A program made the position numbers and the translations under genes. 64,000 bases of DNA from a bacterium (lineage in GTDB: Bacteria; UBA8248): the NCBI GenBank assembly GCA_965207065.1, contig OZ242260.1, positions 2,810,017 through 2,874,016 of the forward strand. Reading direction: 5' to 3'. Below the pieces are notes generated by a model that saw only the letters and a list, made by a program, of their open reading frames with translations, did no database searches and was not told the DNA's origin. Below are positions 19,687 to 29,997 of this stretch, one piece after another (within the stretch, counting starts at the first letter, position 1; every line of letters begins with the position of its first letter).

Positions 19687-20676
19687 GTGGCCACCAGGGC
19701 GAAGCGAAGATCGGCAAAACCGAAGAGGTTGACGAAAAAGGACTTGAACGCGATGTACCGCAACATGCTGCGCATCCGCCGCTTCGAGGAGAAGACGGAC
19801 GAGTTCTTCATGGCGGGCCGGGTAAAGGGGGCGGTTCACGTGAGCATCGGGCAGGAGGCGTGCTCGGTCGGCGTCTGCACGGCGCTGAACGATGAGGACG
19901 CCATCCTGACCACCCACCGGGGCCACGGGCACTCCATCGCCAAGGGCACCCGGATGCCCGAGATGATGGCCGAGTTGCTTGGCAAGTCCACCGGCCTCTG
20001 CAAGGCGCGCGGCGGCTCCATGCACATCGCCGACATCTCGAAGGGCCACTACGGCGCGCACTCCATCGTGGGGGCGAACATGCCGATGGCGACGGGCATG
20101 GGCCTCGCCTATCAACTGGAAGGCACGGGCCGCGTGGCGGTGGTCTTCTTCGGCGACGGCGCGTCGAACCAGGGCAGTTTTCATGAGTCGATGAACCTGT
20201 GCGCCATCTGGAAGCTGCCGGTCATCTTCTTCTGCGAGAACAACCACTACGCGGTGAGCTACCACGTGGAGCGCTCCACGGCGGTGAAGGACATCAGCGT
20301 GCGCGCGCAGGGCTACAACGCGCCCGGCGTAACGGTGGACGGCATGGACGTTGTGGCCGTCTACGAAGCGACCGCCGAGGCCGTGCGCAGGGCGCGCGAG
20401 GGCGGCGGCCCGAGCCTGATCGAGGCGAAGACCTACCGCTTCTTCGGCCACTCGCGCGGCGACCCCCAGTTCGGCCCCTACCGCACGAAGGAAGAGGTGG
20501 ACGAGTGGAGAAAGCGCGATCCGCTTACCATCGCGGCGAAGATGCTCAAAATGACGGAAGCGCAGAAAAAGGCGCACTTAAAAGCCGTGGACGATGAGTT
20601 GAACGGGGCTATCGACTTTGCGGAGCAAAGCCCGGAAGCGACGCTCGAATCCGCACTCGAGGACGTATACGCGTAA
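19687..20676 (+). CDS. TPP-dependent 2-oxoacid dehydrogenase E1 component, alpha subunit
   Basis: TPP-binding motif region (GDGASNQGSFHESMNLCAIWKLPVIFFCENNHYA); GTG start in track. Confidence 0.9.
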   Translation: MATRAKRRSAKPKRLTKKDLNAMYRNMLRIRRFEEKTDEFFMAGRVKGAVHVSIGQEACSVGVCTALNDEDAILTTHRGHGHSIAKGTRMPEMMAELLGKSTGLCKARGGSMHIADISKGHYGAHSIVGANMPMATGMGLAYQLEGTGRVAVVFFGDGASNQGSFHESMNLCAIWKLPVIFFCENNHYAVSYHVERSTAVKDISVRAQGYNAPGVTVDGMDVVAVYEATAEAVRRAREGGGPSLIEAKTYRFFGHSRGDPQFGPYRTKEEVDEWRKRDPLTIAAKMLKMTEAQKKAHLKAVDDELNGAIDFAEQSPEATLESALEDVYA

Positions 20677-20731
20677 AGAAACCCCATCCCCCGGCGCTGC
20701 GCGCCCGGTGAGAACCCTGGAGAGAGGCGAC

Positions 20732-21712
20732 ATGCGAGAGATTACTTTTGTGGATGCGTTGACCGAGGCCCATCACGAGGAGATGGAGCGCGATGAGCGC
20801 GTGATCGTCATGGGCGAGGACGTGGAGCTGGCCTACGTCTTCGGCGTCACGAAGGGGCTGGCCGAAAAATTCGGGCGCGACCGCGTGCGCGACACGCCCA
20901 TCAGCGAACTCGGCATCGTGGGCGCGGGCGTGGGCGCCGCCATGGCGGGCTACCGGCCCATCGTCGAGATCATGTTCATGGACTTCATCATGCTGGCGAT
21001 GGACCCGCTCATCAACCAGGCGGCGAAGCTGCGCTACATGCTGGGCGGGCAGTTGAGCGTGCCGCTCGTGGTGCGCACCCCGGGCGGCGGCGGCGTGCAG
21101 TACGGTCCCACGCACAGCCAGTGCCTGGAAGCCTGGTTCATGCAGATACCGGGCATCAAGGTGGCGGCGCCGAGCGACCCCGCCGACGCCAAGGGCCTCA
21201 TGTGCGCCGCGATTCGCGACGACAACCCCGTGCTCATGGTGGAGCACAAGATGCTCTACAAGATGAAGGGCCCCGTGCCCGAGGGCGAGCACGTGACACC
21301 TTTCGGGCAGGCCGCCGTGAAGCGAGAGGGCACGGACATCACCCTCATCGGCGTTGGCTACCAGGTGCACAACTGCCTGGCGGCGGCGGATGAACTCGCG
21401 AAAGAGGGGGTCAGCGCAGAAGTGGTCGACCCCAGGACGCTGGCCCCGCTCGATACCGGGACGCTCGCCGAATCGGTCCGCAAGACGAACCGCTGCATCA
21501 TCGTCGAGGAAGGGCACCTGAGGAGCGGCGTGGGTTCGGAGATATCCGCGGCCGTTCAGGAGGAAGCCTTCGACTACCTCGACGCCCCCATCGGCCGCGT
21601 GGCCGCCCTCGACGCGCCCATCCCCTTCGAGCCCCGCTTAGAAGATTTCGTGCTCCCCAACACGGCGAACGTCGTCGACGCCGCGAAGAAGGCGTTGGGG
21701 GTAAGTGTGTAG
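20732..21712 (+). CDS. 2-oxoacid dehydrogenase E1 component, beta subunit (transketolase-like)
   Basis: E1-beta pattern (MREITFVDALTEAHHEEMERDERVIVMGEDV); start set to in-frame ATG 20732. Confidence 0.9.
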   Translation: MREITFVDALTEAHHEEMERDERVIVMGEDVELAYVFGVTKGLAEKFGRDRVRDTPISELGIVGAGVGAAMAGYRPIVEIMFMDFIMLAMDPLINQAAKLRYMLGGQLSVPLVVRTPGGGGVQYGPTHSQCLEAWFMQIPGIKVAAPSDPADAKGLMCAAIRDDNPVLMVEHKMLYKMKGPVPEGEHVTPFGQAAVKREGTDITLIGVGYQVHNCLAAADELAKEGVSAEVVDPRTLAPLDTGTLAESVRKTNRCIIVEEGHLRSGVGSEISAAVQEEAFDYLDAPIGRVAALDAPIPFEPRLEDFVLPNTANVVDAAKKALGVSV

Positions 21713-21737
21713 GGGAAGGAGTGGGTTTGTTGATTTC

Positions 21738-21838
21738 GTAGGGGCGGACCTGTGTGTCCGCCCTGCGCGGGTGTCCATAGAGCCACCACGTCATCGAATC
21801 AAACGGTAAACCGGGCGGACACACAGGTCCGCCCCTAC
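21738..21838. repeat. MITE-like element: perfect 26-bp inverted repeats flanking about 49 bp
   Basis: gtaggggcggacctgtgtgtccgccc (21738-21763) and its exact reverse complement gggcggacacacaggtccgcccctac (21813-21838). Confidence 0.55.
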
Positions 21839-22171
21839 GGGTCAATCCCTCAGAAAATCCGTAACTGAATGGCGGCGGAAGCGGATACCCCTGCGGGGGG
21901 AATGACGAATACGCCCCGGACAGGTCGCGACCTGTCCCTACAATTCAAGAGAGACTGCCTATTCCTCGCTCCACGCCTTCTCGTACTTCGCCCGGTGCTC
22001 TTTTGGCAGCGGGGAGGCGAAATACGATATCCCGACGAAGAGCACCGTGTTCACCAGCAGGCCGAAGAAGCCCGGCAACGTCCCGTCTCGGTAAAACCAC
22101 GATCCGTGCAAACCCACACGCCCTTGCATGCGACCTGTTCATGGACTATATTCAGTCCACAGGAGGCGGCC

Positions 22172-22447
22172 ATGACCCTTTCGGACCGGATAAAACCCAT
22201 CAGTTACCTCAAGGCGCACGCCGCGGAAATCGTCCGCACGCTCGGGGAGCGGGGAGAACCCCTGGTGATCACCCAGAACGGGGAAGCCAAGGTGGTCATG
22301 CAGGACATCGACAGCTACGAGCAGATGCAGGAGACGCTCGCCCTGCTCAAGATTCTCGCCCTGGGCGACCGCCAGATTGAAGCCGGGCAGACGCAGCCCG
22401 CTGCCGATGTGACGGCGCGGCTCCGGGAGCGGCTCCCGGCCCGCTGA
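22172..22447 (+). CDS. type II antitoxin, Phd/YefM family
   Basis: About 91 aa (MTLSDRIKPISYLKAHAAEIVRTLGERGEPLVITQNGEAKVVMQDIDSYEQMQETL); aggagg RBS; stop overlaps toxin ATG (TGATG). Confidence 0.8.
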   Translation: MTLSDRIKPISYLKAHAAEIVRTLGERGEPLVITQNGEAKVVMQDIDSYEQMQETLALLKILALGDRQIEAGQTQPAADVTARLRERLPAR

Positions 22448-22773
22448 TGCCTTTCGCGGTTCACCTGACCGAGGACGCGGCGCGCGACCTGGAAGATATC
22501 TGCGAAACCATCGAACGGCGCGATTCACCCGCCGGCGCCGCCCATGTGCTCGACAGAATCGAAGAGGCGTTTACCGGCCTTTGCGAACATCCCCGGCGCG
22601 GCGCTTTCCCGAAGGAATTGCTGGATATCGGGATTCGCGAATACCGCGAGGTATTTTTCAAGCCCTACCGGATTATCTACCGGGTGCGGGAGGAGAGCGT
22701 ATATGTGCTCCTGATCGCCGACGGCAGGCGCGACATGCGGACGCTGCTGGAGCGGCGTTTGCTTTTGGCGTGA
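22447..22773 (+). CDS. type II toxin, RelE/ParE family
   Basis: 108 aa with ParE/RelE-like sequence (YRIIYRVREESVYVLLIADGRRD); translationally coupled to the Phd-like gene. Confidence 0.8.
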   Translation: MPFAVHLTEDAARDLEDICETIERRDSPAGAAHVLDRIEEAFTGLCEHPRRGAFPKELLDIGIREYREVFFKPYRIIYRVREESVYVLLIADGRRDMRTLLERRLLLA

Positions 22774-22941
22774 AACACGAACCGAGTGAATTTAAGAGTG
22801 TGCGCGTAGCCGGGCGGTTGAAGGGGAGGATGCCCGGCGAACCCTCCCTCATCGGTCGGGTTCGACTCTTTGACTTCCCGCGCGCCCTAGGCGAGACTGA
22901 TCGAACTGGCTGCTCCACGAGGACAGACCGGAAATAGCCGA

Positions 22942-23274
22942 ATGACGGAATACGAAGCCGCAAACCTTGCCGTGCAACAATCTGCCCTCGCCTTGCAACA
23001 AGCCGCGATATGGGTCGCCGCCGCCGTCGGGGCCGCGCAATGCAGCCTCATCGGAATTGGCCTCTACATCATGCGGCAGGCCTCGAAGCAACGCGACGCC
23101 CTGCACAGGGAAACCATAACGGCGCTGAACGCTCAGCGTGAGGCGCAAAGCGAACAGCACCGGGAAACCATGAAGGCGCTGGAAGGCCAACACAAGGCGC
23201 TGGAAAACCAGAGCGAAGCGCTCCGGGAACTCATCCGCCGTACGTCTGCGCCTTCGGCGCAGGAGGACGGTTGA
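22942..23274 (+). CDS. small membrane protein, paralog C of the 13055/13541 family
   Basis: 110 aa; shares ME(F/Y)E N-terminus, hydrophobic helix with conserved QC (AAVGAAQCSLIGIGL) and C-terminal HRETMKALE...LIRRTS. Confidence 0.5.
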   Translation: MTEYEAANLAVQQSALALQQAAIWVAAAVGAAQCSLIGIGLYIMRQASKQRDALHRETITALNAQREAQSEQHRETMKALEGQHKALENQSEALRELIRRTSAPSAQEDG

Positions 23275-23572
23275 AGTGAGAATCACCGCCTCCTCCGTCT
23301 TTTCTCTTTCCTTACCCTAGCTTCCAAGCGCGCGCATTTTTCGTGCAAAATGAAGAACTGCTTTGCGCGCACACGTGCGGAGGCGAAGCCGGTGCGGTGG
23401 TAGAGGATGTGTCAAAGGGAGCGGTTTTCGAGATGTTTGTTTCTGGTCTTGATGTCATGTATAATTTTCTCATCATCGGCAATTCATAAGATATTGTGGG
23501 TTTTGCGGCTCCTGCCGTGGACCGACAATTCAAGCCAGCGGGAATGCCCAATCTACAGAGGAGATTGGAGCA

Positions 23573-25342
23573 ATGTCCTCACGCCGAGCCCTGATCGATG
23601 TCGCCCTAGGCAATGAACCTGCGGAACTCGCCATCACGAATGGCCGCGTCGTCAATGTACATACCCGTGAAATCTATAGCGCCGGGGTTGCAATAAAAGG
23701 CGACCGGATAGCGGCGGTCGGCGATATCGATTACGCGATCGGTGAGAACACGGAAGTGATCGACGCTGAGAACCGCTATGTAACACCCGGCCTGGTCGAC
23801 GGCCACCTCCACATGTATCACTCCTACCTGGGCGTGAACGAGTTCGTCGAGGGGATGCTGCGGCATGGCGTCACCGCCTACGCAGACGGCTTCTATGGCC
23901 AGGGGATCGTCGGCGGCCGGGAAGCGATCCGGTTTTTCAAGGATGCGCTCGAAGCCACCCCTCTCAGGCTTATATTCCTGGTCCCCACCCTCTCGCACCT
24001 GCAGAACCGCGAACTCGGCCTCGAGCCCACACCAGGCATCAGCGTAGAAGAGATGAACGAGATGCTCGACTGGGAAAACTGCGTGGGTCTGGAGGAACCG
24101 CCGTTCCTGCCGGTCTGCGAGAAGTGGGAAGATTATCTGGACCTCTTCGACCGGTGCCTGGAGCAGCGCAAAACGATTACGGGGCATGCCGCCGGCGCCA
24201 GTTGGCGCCAGATGCAGGCATACGCCGCGGTCGGGACCAGTACCGACCACGAGTCCGTTGCGACCGACGAGGCGGTCGACAAGACCCGGGCCGGCTTTCG
24301 CCTGCTCATGCGTCTCGGGTCAGGCGCGATTGACGTGCCCGAACTCGTAAAGGCGTATCTTGAGCACAAGGTCGACCCGAGAGCGCTTGCCATGTGCGCC
24401 GATCTCGCTTCGCCGGAGAAACTGCTGCGCGAAGGCGGAGTCGATGCAAATATCCGCGTGGCCGTTCGAAATGGCGTGCCGCCTGTAATCGCGGTTCAGA
24501 TGGCGACCATCAATGTCGCCGAGGCCTTCTATTTGCAGAGGGACATGGGGGCGGTCGCTCCAGGCCGCTACGCCGACATCCTGCTCGTCGACGACCTGGT
24601 CACATTTGATATCTCCCGCGTATTCGTCGGCGGGGAGACCGTAGTCCGGGACGGCGAGTTCCTGGCGGACCTGACCCCCATCGAGTATCCAGGCAACTTC
24701 CGCGGGACGGTCAGGATCGAACGTGAGATCGCCCCTGTTGCTCTCGAACCTCGGACCGATGAGGAGGGCCCGGTGACCGTTCGGGTGATCGGCGTGACGG
24801 ACGGCAGCCTCGTAACCGATGACGGAAGGGCGGTCCTCGACGTTAAAGACGGCGTGATTCAGCCGGATCTTGACAACGACGTCCTGCCGCTGACGATGGC
24901 CGATCGGTTCGGCAAGGGAGGGGGGCGCATCGGCAACGGCTTCGTGCGCGGCTTCGGGCTGAAGCGCGGGGCGATTGCGTCGACCGTCAACGCCGTCTGC
25001 GAGAATCTGGTTGCGGTCGGCGCGAGCACGTCCGATATGGCGTTCGCCATGAACAAGCTCGCCGAGATCGGCGGCGGAAAGATAGTCGTTGCCGATGGCG
25101 AGATCCTCGCGCTGGTGGAGTTGCCCCTTCTCGGGCTTTTGTCCGAAGAACCGACGGAGACGGTTACGGCGAAGTTCGACAGGGCGTTCGACGCCATACG
25201 CGATCTCGGGTGCGATCTCGCGAGTCCGTTCTCGCAGCTTGAGTTCAGCTTCGCCTGCGGCGAAATCGGCGATCTGCGGCTTTCCGACGAAGGGTTGTTG
25301 CGGGTTGACCCGCCGGAGATGGTGTCGTTGGTCGTAGAATGA
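23573..25342 (+). CDS. adenine deaminase-like amidohydrolase
   Basis: 589 aa; N-terminal metal-binding His pair (TPGLVDGHLHMYHS) and overall adenine-deaminase-like length/layout. Confidence 0.6.
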   Translation: MSSRRALIDVALGNEPAELAITNGRVVNVHTREIYSAGVAIKGDRIAAVGDIDYAIGENTEVIDAENRYVTPGLVDGHLHMYHSYLGVNEFVEGMLRHGVTAYADGFYGQGIVGGREAIRFFKDALEATPLRLIFLVPTLSHLQNRELGLEPTPGISVEEMNEMLDWENCVGLEEPPFLPVCEKWEDYLDLFDRCLEQRKTITGHAAGASWRQMQAYAAVGTSTDHESVATDEAVDKTRAGFRLLMRLGSGAIDVPELVKAYLEHKVDPRALAMCADLASPEKLLREGGVDANIRVAVRNGVPPVIAVQMATINVAEAFYLQRDMGAVAPGRYADILLVDDLVTFDISRVFVGGETVVRDGEFLADLTPIEYPGNFRGTVRIEREIAPVALEPRTDEEGPVTVRVIGVTDGSLVTDDGRAVLDVKDGVIQPDLDNDVLPLTMADRFGKGGGRIGNGFVRGFGLKRGAIASTVNAVCENLVAVGASTSDMAFAMNKLAEIGGGKIVVADGEILALVELPLLGLLSEEPTETVTAKFDRAFDAIRDLGCDLASPFSQLEFSFACGEIGDLRLSDEGLLRVDPPEMVSLVVE

Positions 25343-25370
25343 CGCAAACCGGAAACAAGAGGGAGAGATC

Positions 25371-26132
25371 ATGAGTGACGGAAAGCTGGCGGGCCGCGTC
25401 GCAATCGTGACCGGTGGATCGCGGGGGCTTGGACAGGCGATTGCGTGGGAATTCGCGAATGAGGGCGCCGACGTGGCCGTGGTCGGCCGAGACGAAGACG
25501 CCCTCTCTGAAACGATTGACGGCATCGAGCAGCGCGGCGGAAAGGCCGTCGCCATTGCGGCGGAACTCCGTGAAGTCGCCTCGATTCCAGGGGTCTTCGA
25601 CAAAGCCGAGAGCGAACTCGGCGAGTCGACGATTCTTGTCAACAGTGCGGGCGTACAGGGGGATCGTCCTGCGCTCGATGTCACCGAGGAGCAGTATGAC
25701 GAAGTAGCCGACACCAACATGAAGGCGCTGTTCTTCTGCTGCCAGGAGGCCGGCAAGCGGTGGATCGATCGCAAGAGCGGCGGGCGCATCATCAACCTCG
25801 GCTCTATTTTCGCCGTCGTCGGGATGCCCAATTTCTCGGTCTATTGTTCAACAAAAGGCGGCGTGCTGCTGCTGTCCAAAGCGCTCGCGATCGAGTGGGG
25901 GCCACACGGAATCAACGTCAACCTGATCGGCCCCTGCGCCACGATGACAGACATGGTAAGGCCGCTGTTCGACGACCCCGATTTCAAGGCGGCTTACATG
26001 CCGCGGGTGCCCGCAGGCGCCCTTCCAGAACCCCTGGACATCGGCAGGGCAGCCGTCTTCCTGGCCTCGGACGACGCTCGGATGATCCATGGACACCATC
26101 TACTCGTCGACTCCGGCTATACGACCAACTAA
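25371..26132 (+). CDS. SDR family oxidoreductase
   Basis: Cofactor motif TGGSRGLG, NSAG, catalytic YxxxK (YCSTK). Confidence 0.85.
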   Translation: MSDGKLAGRVAIVTGGSRGLGQAIAWEFANEGADVAVVGRDEDALSETIDGIEQRGGKAVAIAAELREVASIPGVFDKAESELGESTILVNSAGVQGDRPALDVTEEQYDEVADTNMKALFFCCQEAGKRWIDRKSGGRIINLGSIFAVVGMPNFSVYCSTKGGVLLLSKALAIEWGPHGINVNLIGPCATMTDMVRPLFDDPDFKAAYMPRVPAGALPEPLDIGRAAVFLASDDARMIHGHHLLVDSGYTTN

Positions 26133-26150
26133 TCGAGGTTCGGGGGGGCT

Positions 26151-27254
26151 GTGACCCTGGTGACTGACCAAAGCGATACACCAGGCGGTCCTATAGCAGT
26201 CGACCAACCCGGGAACGGTCCCCAACAGGTAACGACCTGGGCCGTCGGCGCTTTGGAACGTACGCGTGGTCTGCTGCGTCACGAGGTGCAGCTGCTGCTC
26301 GCCCTCGTCCTCCTCTACCTCGGGTTTTCGATCATAGAACCCGACATCTTTATCTCCATCAGGACCATCGAGAATCTCGCCAGACAGGCGGGCGTCCTGC
26401 TGGTCGCCAGCGTCGGGCAGATGCTGGTGCTCGTCGTGGGCGGGTTCGACATCTCGGTCGGAGCTACCGCGGGACTCGCATCCACGGCGCTCGCGCTGCT
26501 CGTTGACGATTTCGGGTTGTACGGGGCCGTTACGGCGGCGTTGGCGCTCGGAGCCCTTGTCGGCTCCGTCAACGGTCTTGTGATCGCGTATCTGGGGGTC
26601 AATCCCTTCGTGGCTACATTGGCGATGCTGACATTCCTGACCGGGTTGTCAAACGAACTGAGCAGCGGCGCTTCGGTTCCGATTACCGACCGGGGTGTGA
26701 GCGCGTTCGGGGCGGACGAGTGGGGGCCGCTGCCGGGGACAATGGGCGTTGGACTGGTAGTCGTATTCATTGCATACCTGCTTCTCAACCGCCTCAGGGC
26801 GGGTCTCTACATCTATGCGATCGGGGGGGGGCGCGAGACGGCGCGTCTGTCGGGGATTTCGGTCGCCCGTTACGAGGTTCTCGCCTATGCGATGTGCGGC
26901 TTTTTTGCGGCCGTCGCCGGGGTCATGCTCGCATCCAGGGTCACGCTGGGACAGGCAAGCCTCGGGGCTGGCCTGGAGCTTGAATCCATCGCCGCGGCGG
27001 TGATCGGGGGCGCCGCGATCGGCGGCGGAGTCGGCCGGCTGCTTGGCGCTGCGATGGGGGTGGGGATCTTGACGGTTCTCACCAGCGGTCTCGAGATCGT
27101 CGGTGTTTCGGAGTTCGCGCGCCAGATGGTTACCGGCGTCGTGCTGGTTGTAGCGGTCGCCTTCAACCAACGAGGACGGCTGGGTGAATGGGCGATCTTC
27201 AAGCAAGCGAAATTACTGCTCCGCGGCCGCGGCGAACGGCCCCGCGGTCCTTGA
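26151..27254 (+). CDS. ABC transporter permease (monosaccharide/ribose-type)
   Basis: Multi-TM, Gly/Ala-rich helices typical of RbsC/branched-chain-type permeases; start uncertain. Confidence 0.75.
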   Translation: MTLVTDQSDTPGGPIAVDQPGNGPQQVTTWAVGALERTRGLLRHEVQLLLALVLLYLGFSIIEPDIFISIRTIENLARQAGVLLVASVGQMLVLVVGGFDISVGATAGLASTALALLVDDFGLYGAVTAALALGALVGSVNGLVIAYLGVNPFVATLAMLTFLTGLSNELSSGASVPITDRGVSAFGADEWGPLPGTMGVGLVVVFIAYLLLNRLRAGLYIYAIGGGRETARLSGISVARYEVLAYAMCGFFAAVAGVMLASRVTLGQASLGAGLELESIAAAVIGGAAIGGGVGRLLGAAMGVGILTVLTSGLEIVGVSEFARQMVTGVVLVVAVAFNQRGRLGEWAIFKQAKLLLRGRGERPRGP

Positions 27255-27290
27255 CGCAACATATCGTTTCCACTGCCAAAGGAGAACACC

Positions 27291-28412
27291 ATGCGTATGA
27301 AATATTTGATTGCCATGCTGAGTCTCGTCACGTTGATGCTTATGTTCTGGGGAGGGAGCGAGGTGAGCGCCCAGGCCATCAAGATCAGTCCAAAAGATGC
27401 GGCCTATGCGAAGTATCAGGCGCTTTCGACGGCGAAGAAGTTGCATTCGAATCTTCCCTGCACGGTTTCTCCTACCCCGAAGGAAGCCGCTGCGTACCGC
27501 GCGCCAAAGGCGAAGCGCAGGTACACGATCGGCTTCATGGAGCCCACGCTGGCGGGACACTATTACCAGGCAGGCTCGAGCGGCGCGGTCAAGGCCGCCA
27601 AAGAGGCGGGCGTGAAGCTCGAGTTCGTTTCGGCGGGCACCGGATACGCGTCGCCCGAGCAGCAGTTCAAACAGGCCGAGCGTCTCCTGCTGAAAGGCGT
27701 GGACGCAGTCGCCGTCATCCCGACCGATATCCAAGGCGGGGTCGCAATCACCAACCTTTTCCTCCGCGAGAAAATTCCGGTCGTGATCGTGGCCACCGAG
27801 TCCAGCTCGCCGGATGCATACATGGTGATGCAGGACGACTACCAGATGGGCCGAGATTCGGCTGACCTGCTGGTGAAAGAGACCGGCCCGAATGCCGGGA
27901 AGGGCATCGTGATCGCCGGGCCGGCCAACGCCACCTGGTCTGCCAAGCGGGCGGCCGGTTTCGCGGATCGGGTGAAAGAAAAATACCCGGGCGTCAAGAT
28001 CGCCGTCTCGGCGACGCAGAATGTCGATCCCGCCCAAGGGCTGAAATCATTCGAGAACGCGGTTCAGGCCCATCCTGATATCAAATGGGTGTATTCGGTC
28101 TTTAACCTGCTGCTCGATCCCGACTCGCTGCCGGCGCGGTACAAGAAAGTGGCTTTCGTCACGAACGGCCTGGACCCTGCCTCCATTCAGGATTTGAAAG
28201 AGGGTCAATACTCGACGATCATCGGCATCACACCGACTCCGATGGGGTACCAGGGGGTCGGTCACGCCGTGTCGATCCTGAATGGCGATCAGAACGTGCC
28301 CGCCCTGGTGTGCATCCCGCTGACGCGGTACACCGCAAAAGACATGCCGCCCGACAAAACGGCGGTGACGCTGGAGCTTATCCAGAAAGGGTTTGAGGTC
28401 TCGGCTAAATAA
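27291..28412 (+). CDS. sugar ABC transporter substrate-binding protein (periplasmic binding protein family)
   Basis: Signal peptide; PBP type I fold pattern (YTIGFMEPTLAGHYY, VDAVAVIP). Confidence 0.75.
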   Translation: MRMKYLIAMLSLVTLMLMFWGGSEVSAQAIKISPKDAAYAKYQALSTAKKLHSNLPCTVSPTPKEAAAYRAPKAKRRYTIGFMEPTLAGHYYQAGSSGAVKAAKEAGVKLEFVSAGTGYASPEQQFKQAERLLLKGVDAVAVIPTDIQGGVAITNLFLREKIPVVIVATESSSPDAYMVMQDDYQMGRDSADLLVKETGPNAGKGIVIAGPANATWSAKRAAGFADRVKEKYPGVKIAVSATQNVDPAQGLKSFENAVQAHPDIKWVYSVFNLLLDPDSLPARYKKVAFVTNGLDPASIQDLKEGQYSTIIGITPTPMGYQGVGHAVSILNGDQNVPALVCIPLTRYTAKDMPPDKTAVTLELIQKGFEVSAK

Positions 28413-29997
28413 TGACCAACCAGCAGCGCTTCGCTCGCGAGCCTGGTGGTCGCAGAGGATGGAATTGCTGAATTCCCCGGTCGAAGAACGTCGCGTTCCC
28501 GCCATCGGGATGCAGAACGTCACCAAAACGTTCCCCGGCGTAAGGGCTCTGGATCGCGTCAGTTTTGATGTCGACCACGGTGAGATACACGCGCTGGTCG
28601 GGGAGAACGGGTCGGGAAAGTCCACACTCTTGAAGCTGATGGTGGGCGCTTTCCCGATGGACTCCGGGCAGATCCGCATCAACGGGGATGAGGTGCGGCT
28701 GCGCTCACCGCGTGAAGCCAGGAAGCGATACGGCATCAAGTTGATGCCGCAGGATGTCGAACTGTGCGGGCAACTGATTACCGGTCGCAACATCATGCTG
28801 GGCCTCGAGGGGGCGCTGGTCGACCGGAACAGGCTCTCGCGCCGCGAGCGATCCATGACGACGGAAGTCCTCCGCCTGATCGGCGCTCACGTGGATCCCC
28901 TGGTCTTGGGGGAGGATTTAAGCACACCGGAGGCCCGGTTTATCCAGATCGCCCACGCACTCTTGCCTCCGGTGAACGTGGTCCTTTGTGACGAGCCGAC
29001 GGCGGTGCTCTCCGCAGTAGATGCCGAGGCGCTGCTGGCCACCCTGACCCGGATTCGGAGCGAAGCGGGTACGGCCATTGTGTATGTCAGCCACCGGATC
29101 GGTGAAGTCCTCCAGATAGCCGACCGCATCACTATCCTGCGCGACGGCCTCAGCGTCGGTACGTTCCGGCGCGACGAGATCGACCGGCAACAAATCATTG
29201 AACTGATGACCAAGTCCGCGCGCGCCGGCAGGCAAGGGGCGCCGGCTCAAGACGCTGCCCGGAGCGCAGCGAAAGGAGGCAAGCTGGCGGTTAAGTCGCT
29301 CAGGCTCGGTCGAAGCTTTTCAGACGTTTCGTTCGAAGTAGAGGCGGGACAAATTGTGGGAATCGCCGGCGCCCAGGGTGCGGGATTCGGCCCGCTGCTC
29401 GCTACTATCGCGGGCCGTACTAAATACGACGCCGGCTCAATCGAACTGGATGGGGTCTCCATTCCGCCCGGATCGACCACGAGTGCGTACAGACATGGGG
29501 TCGCGCTGGTCCCTGCCGACCGGCGGCAAGCGGGCATCGTCCCATCACTCACGGTTCGGGAGAACATCGCCTTGCCCGTTTCAGGCTCGCTGGGGCGATA
29601 CGGTTTCCGGCTTCGCCGGACCGAGCGGGAGACGAGCCGAAAGAGCGCTGAGATATTCGATATCAGGGGAGCCGGGTTGAACACCCTGGCCGGGAACCTG
29701 AGCGGCGGCAACCAGCAGAAACTGGCGATTGCCCGATCCCTTCAGGGGGATCCCAAGTTTCTCCTCCTCGAAGAACCCACGCAAGGCATCGATATCGGCG
29801 CCAAGTCCGAGATCCGCCATTACATCAGCAGGCTCGTCCGTGACGAAGGAATGGGCGCGCTGGTTGCAAGCTCCGAGTTTGAAGATCTCATCGGCTTTTC
29901 GGACGTCCTCCATGTGATGCGCCTGGGCCGGGTCGTCGCGACGTTCGACGGGAAGACGGCGACCTACTCGGATATCCTTCACGCAGCGCTCCCGTAA
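28393..29997 (+). CDS. sugar ABC transporter ATP-binding protein with two tandem nucleotide-binding domains
   Basis: NBD1 Walker A GENGSGKST, Walker B VVLCDEPT; NBD2 signature LSGGNQQK, Walker B LLLEEPTQGID; true start probably downstream (MELLNSP or MQNVTKTF). Confidence 0.85.
   Translation: MRSRLNNDQPAALRSRAWWSQRMELLNSPVEERRVPAIGMQNVTKTFPGVRALDRVSFDVDHGEIHALVGENGSGKSTLLKLMVGAFPMDSGQIRINGDEVRLRSPREARKRYGIKLMPQDVELCGQLITGRNIMLGLEGALVDRNRLSRRERSMTTEVLRLIGAHVDPLVLGEDLSTPEARFIQIAHALLPPVNVVLCDEPTAVLSAVDAEALLATLTRIRSEAGTAIVYVSHRIGEVLQIADRITILRDGLSVGTFRRDEIDRQQIIELMTKSARAGRQGAPAQDAARSAAKGGKLAVKSLRLGRSFSDVSFEVEAGQIVGIAGAQGAGFGPLLATIAGRTKYDAGSIELDGVSIPPGSTTSAYRHGVALVPADRRQAGIVPSLTVRENIALPVSGSLGRYGFRLRRTERETSRKSAEIFDIRGAGLNTLAGNLSGGNQQKLAIARSLQGDPKFLLLEEPTQGIDIGAKSEIRHYISRLVRDEGMGALVASSEFEDLIGFSDVLHVMRLGRVVATFDGKTATYSDILHAALP

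Noticed and set aside
19687-21712. Complete pyruvate/acetoin dehydrogenase operon
   Set aside because: Only E1 alpha and E1 beta are adjacent; no E2 lipoyl-acyltransferase follows, and the E3 (lpdA) is 30 kb away, so only the E1 pair is annotated.
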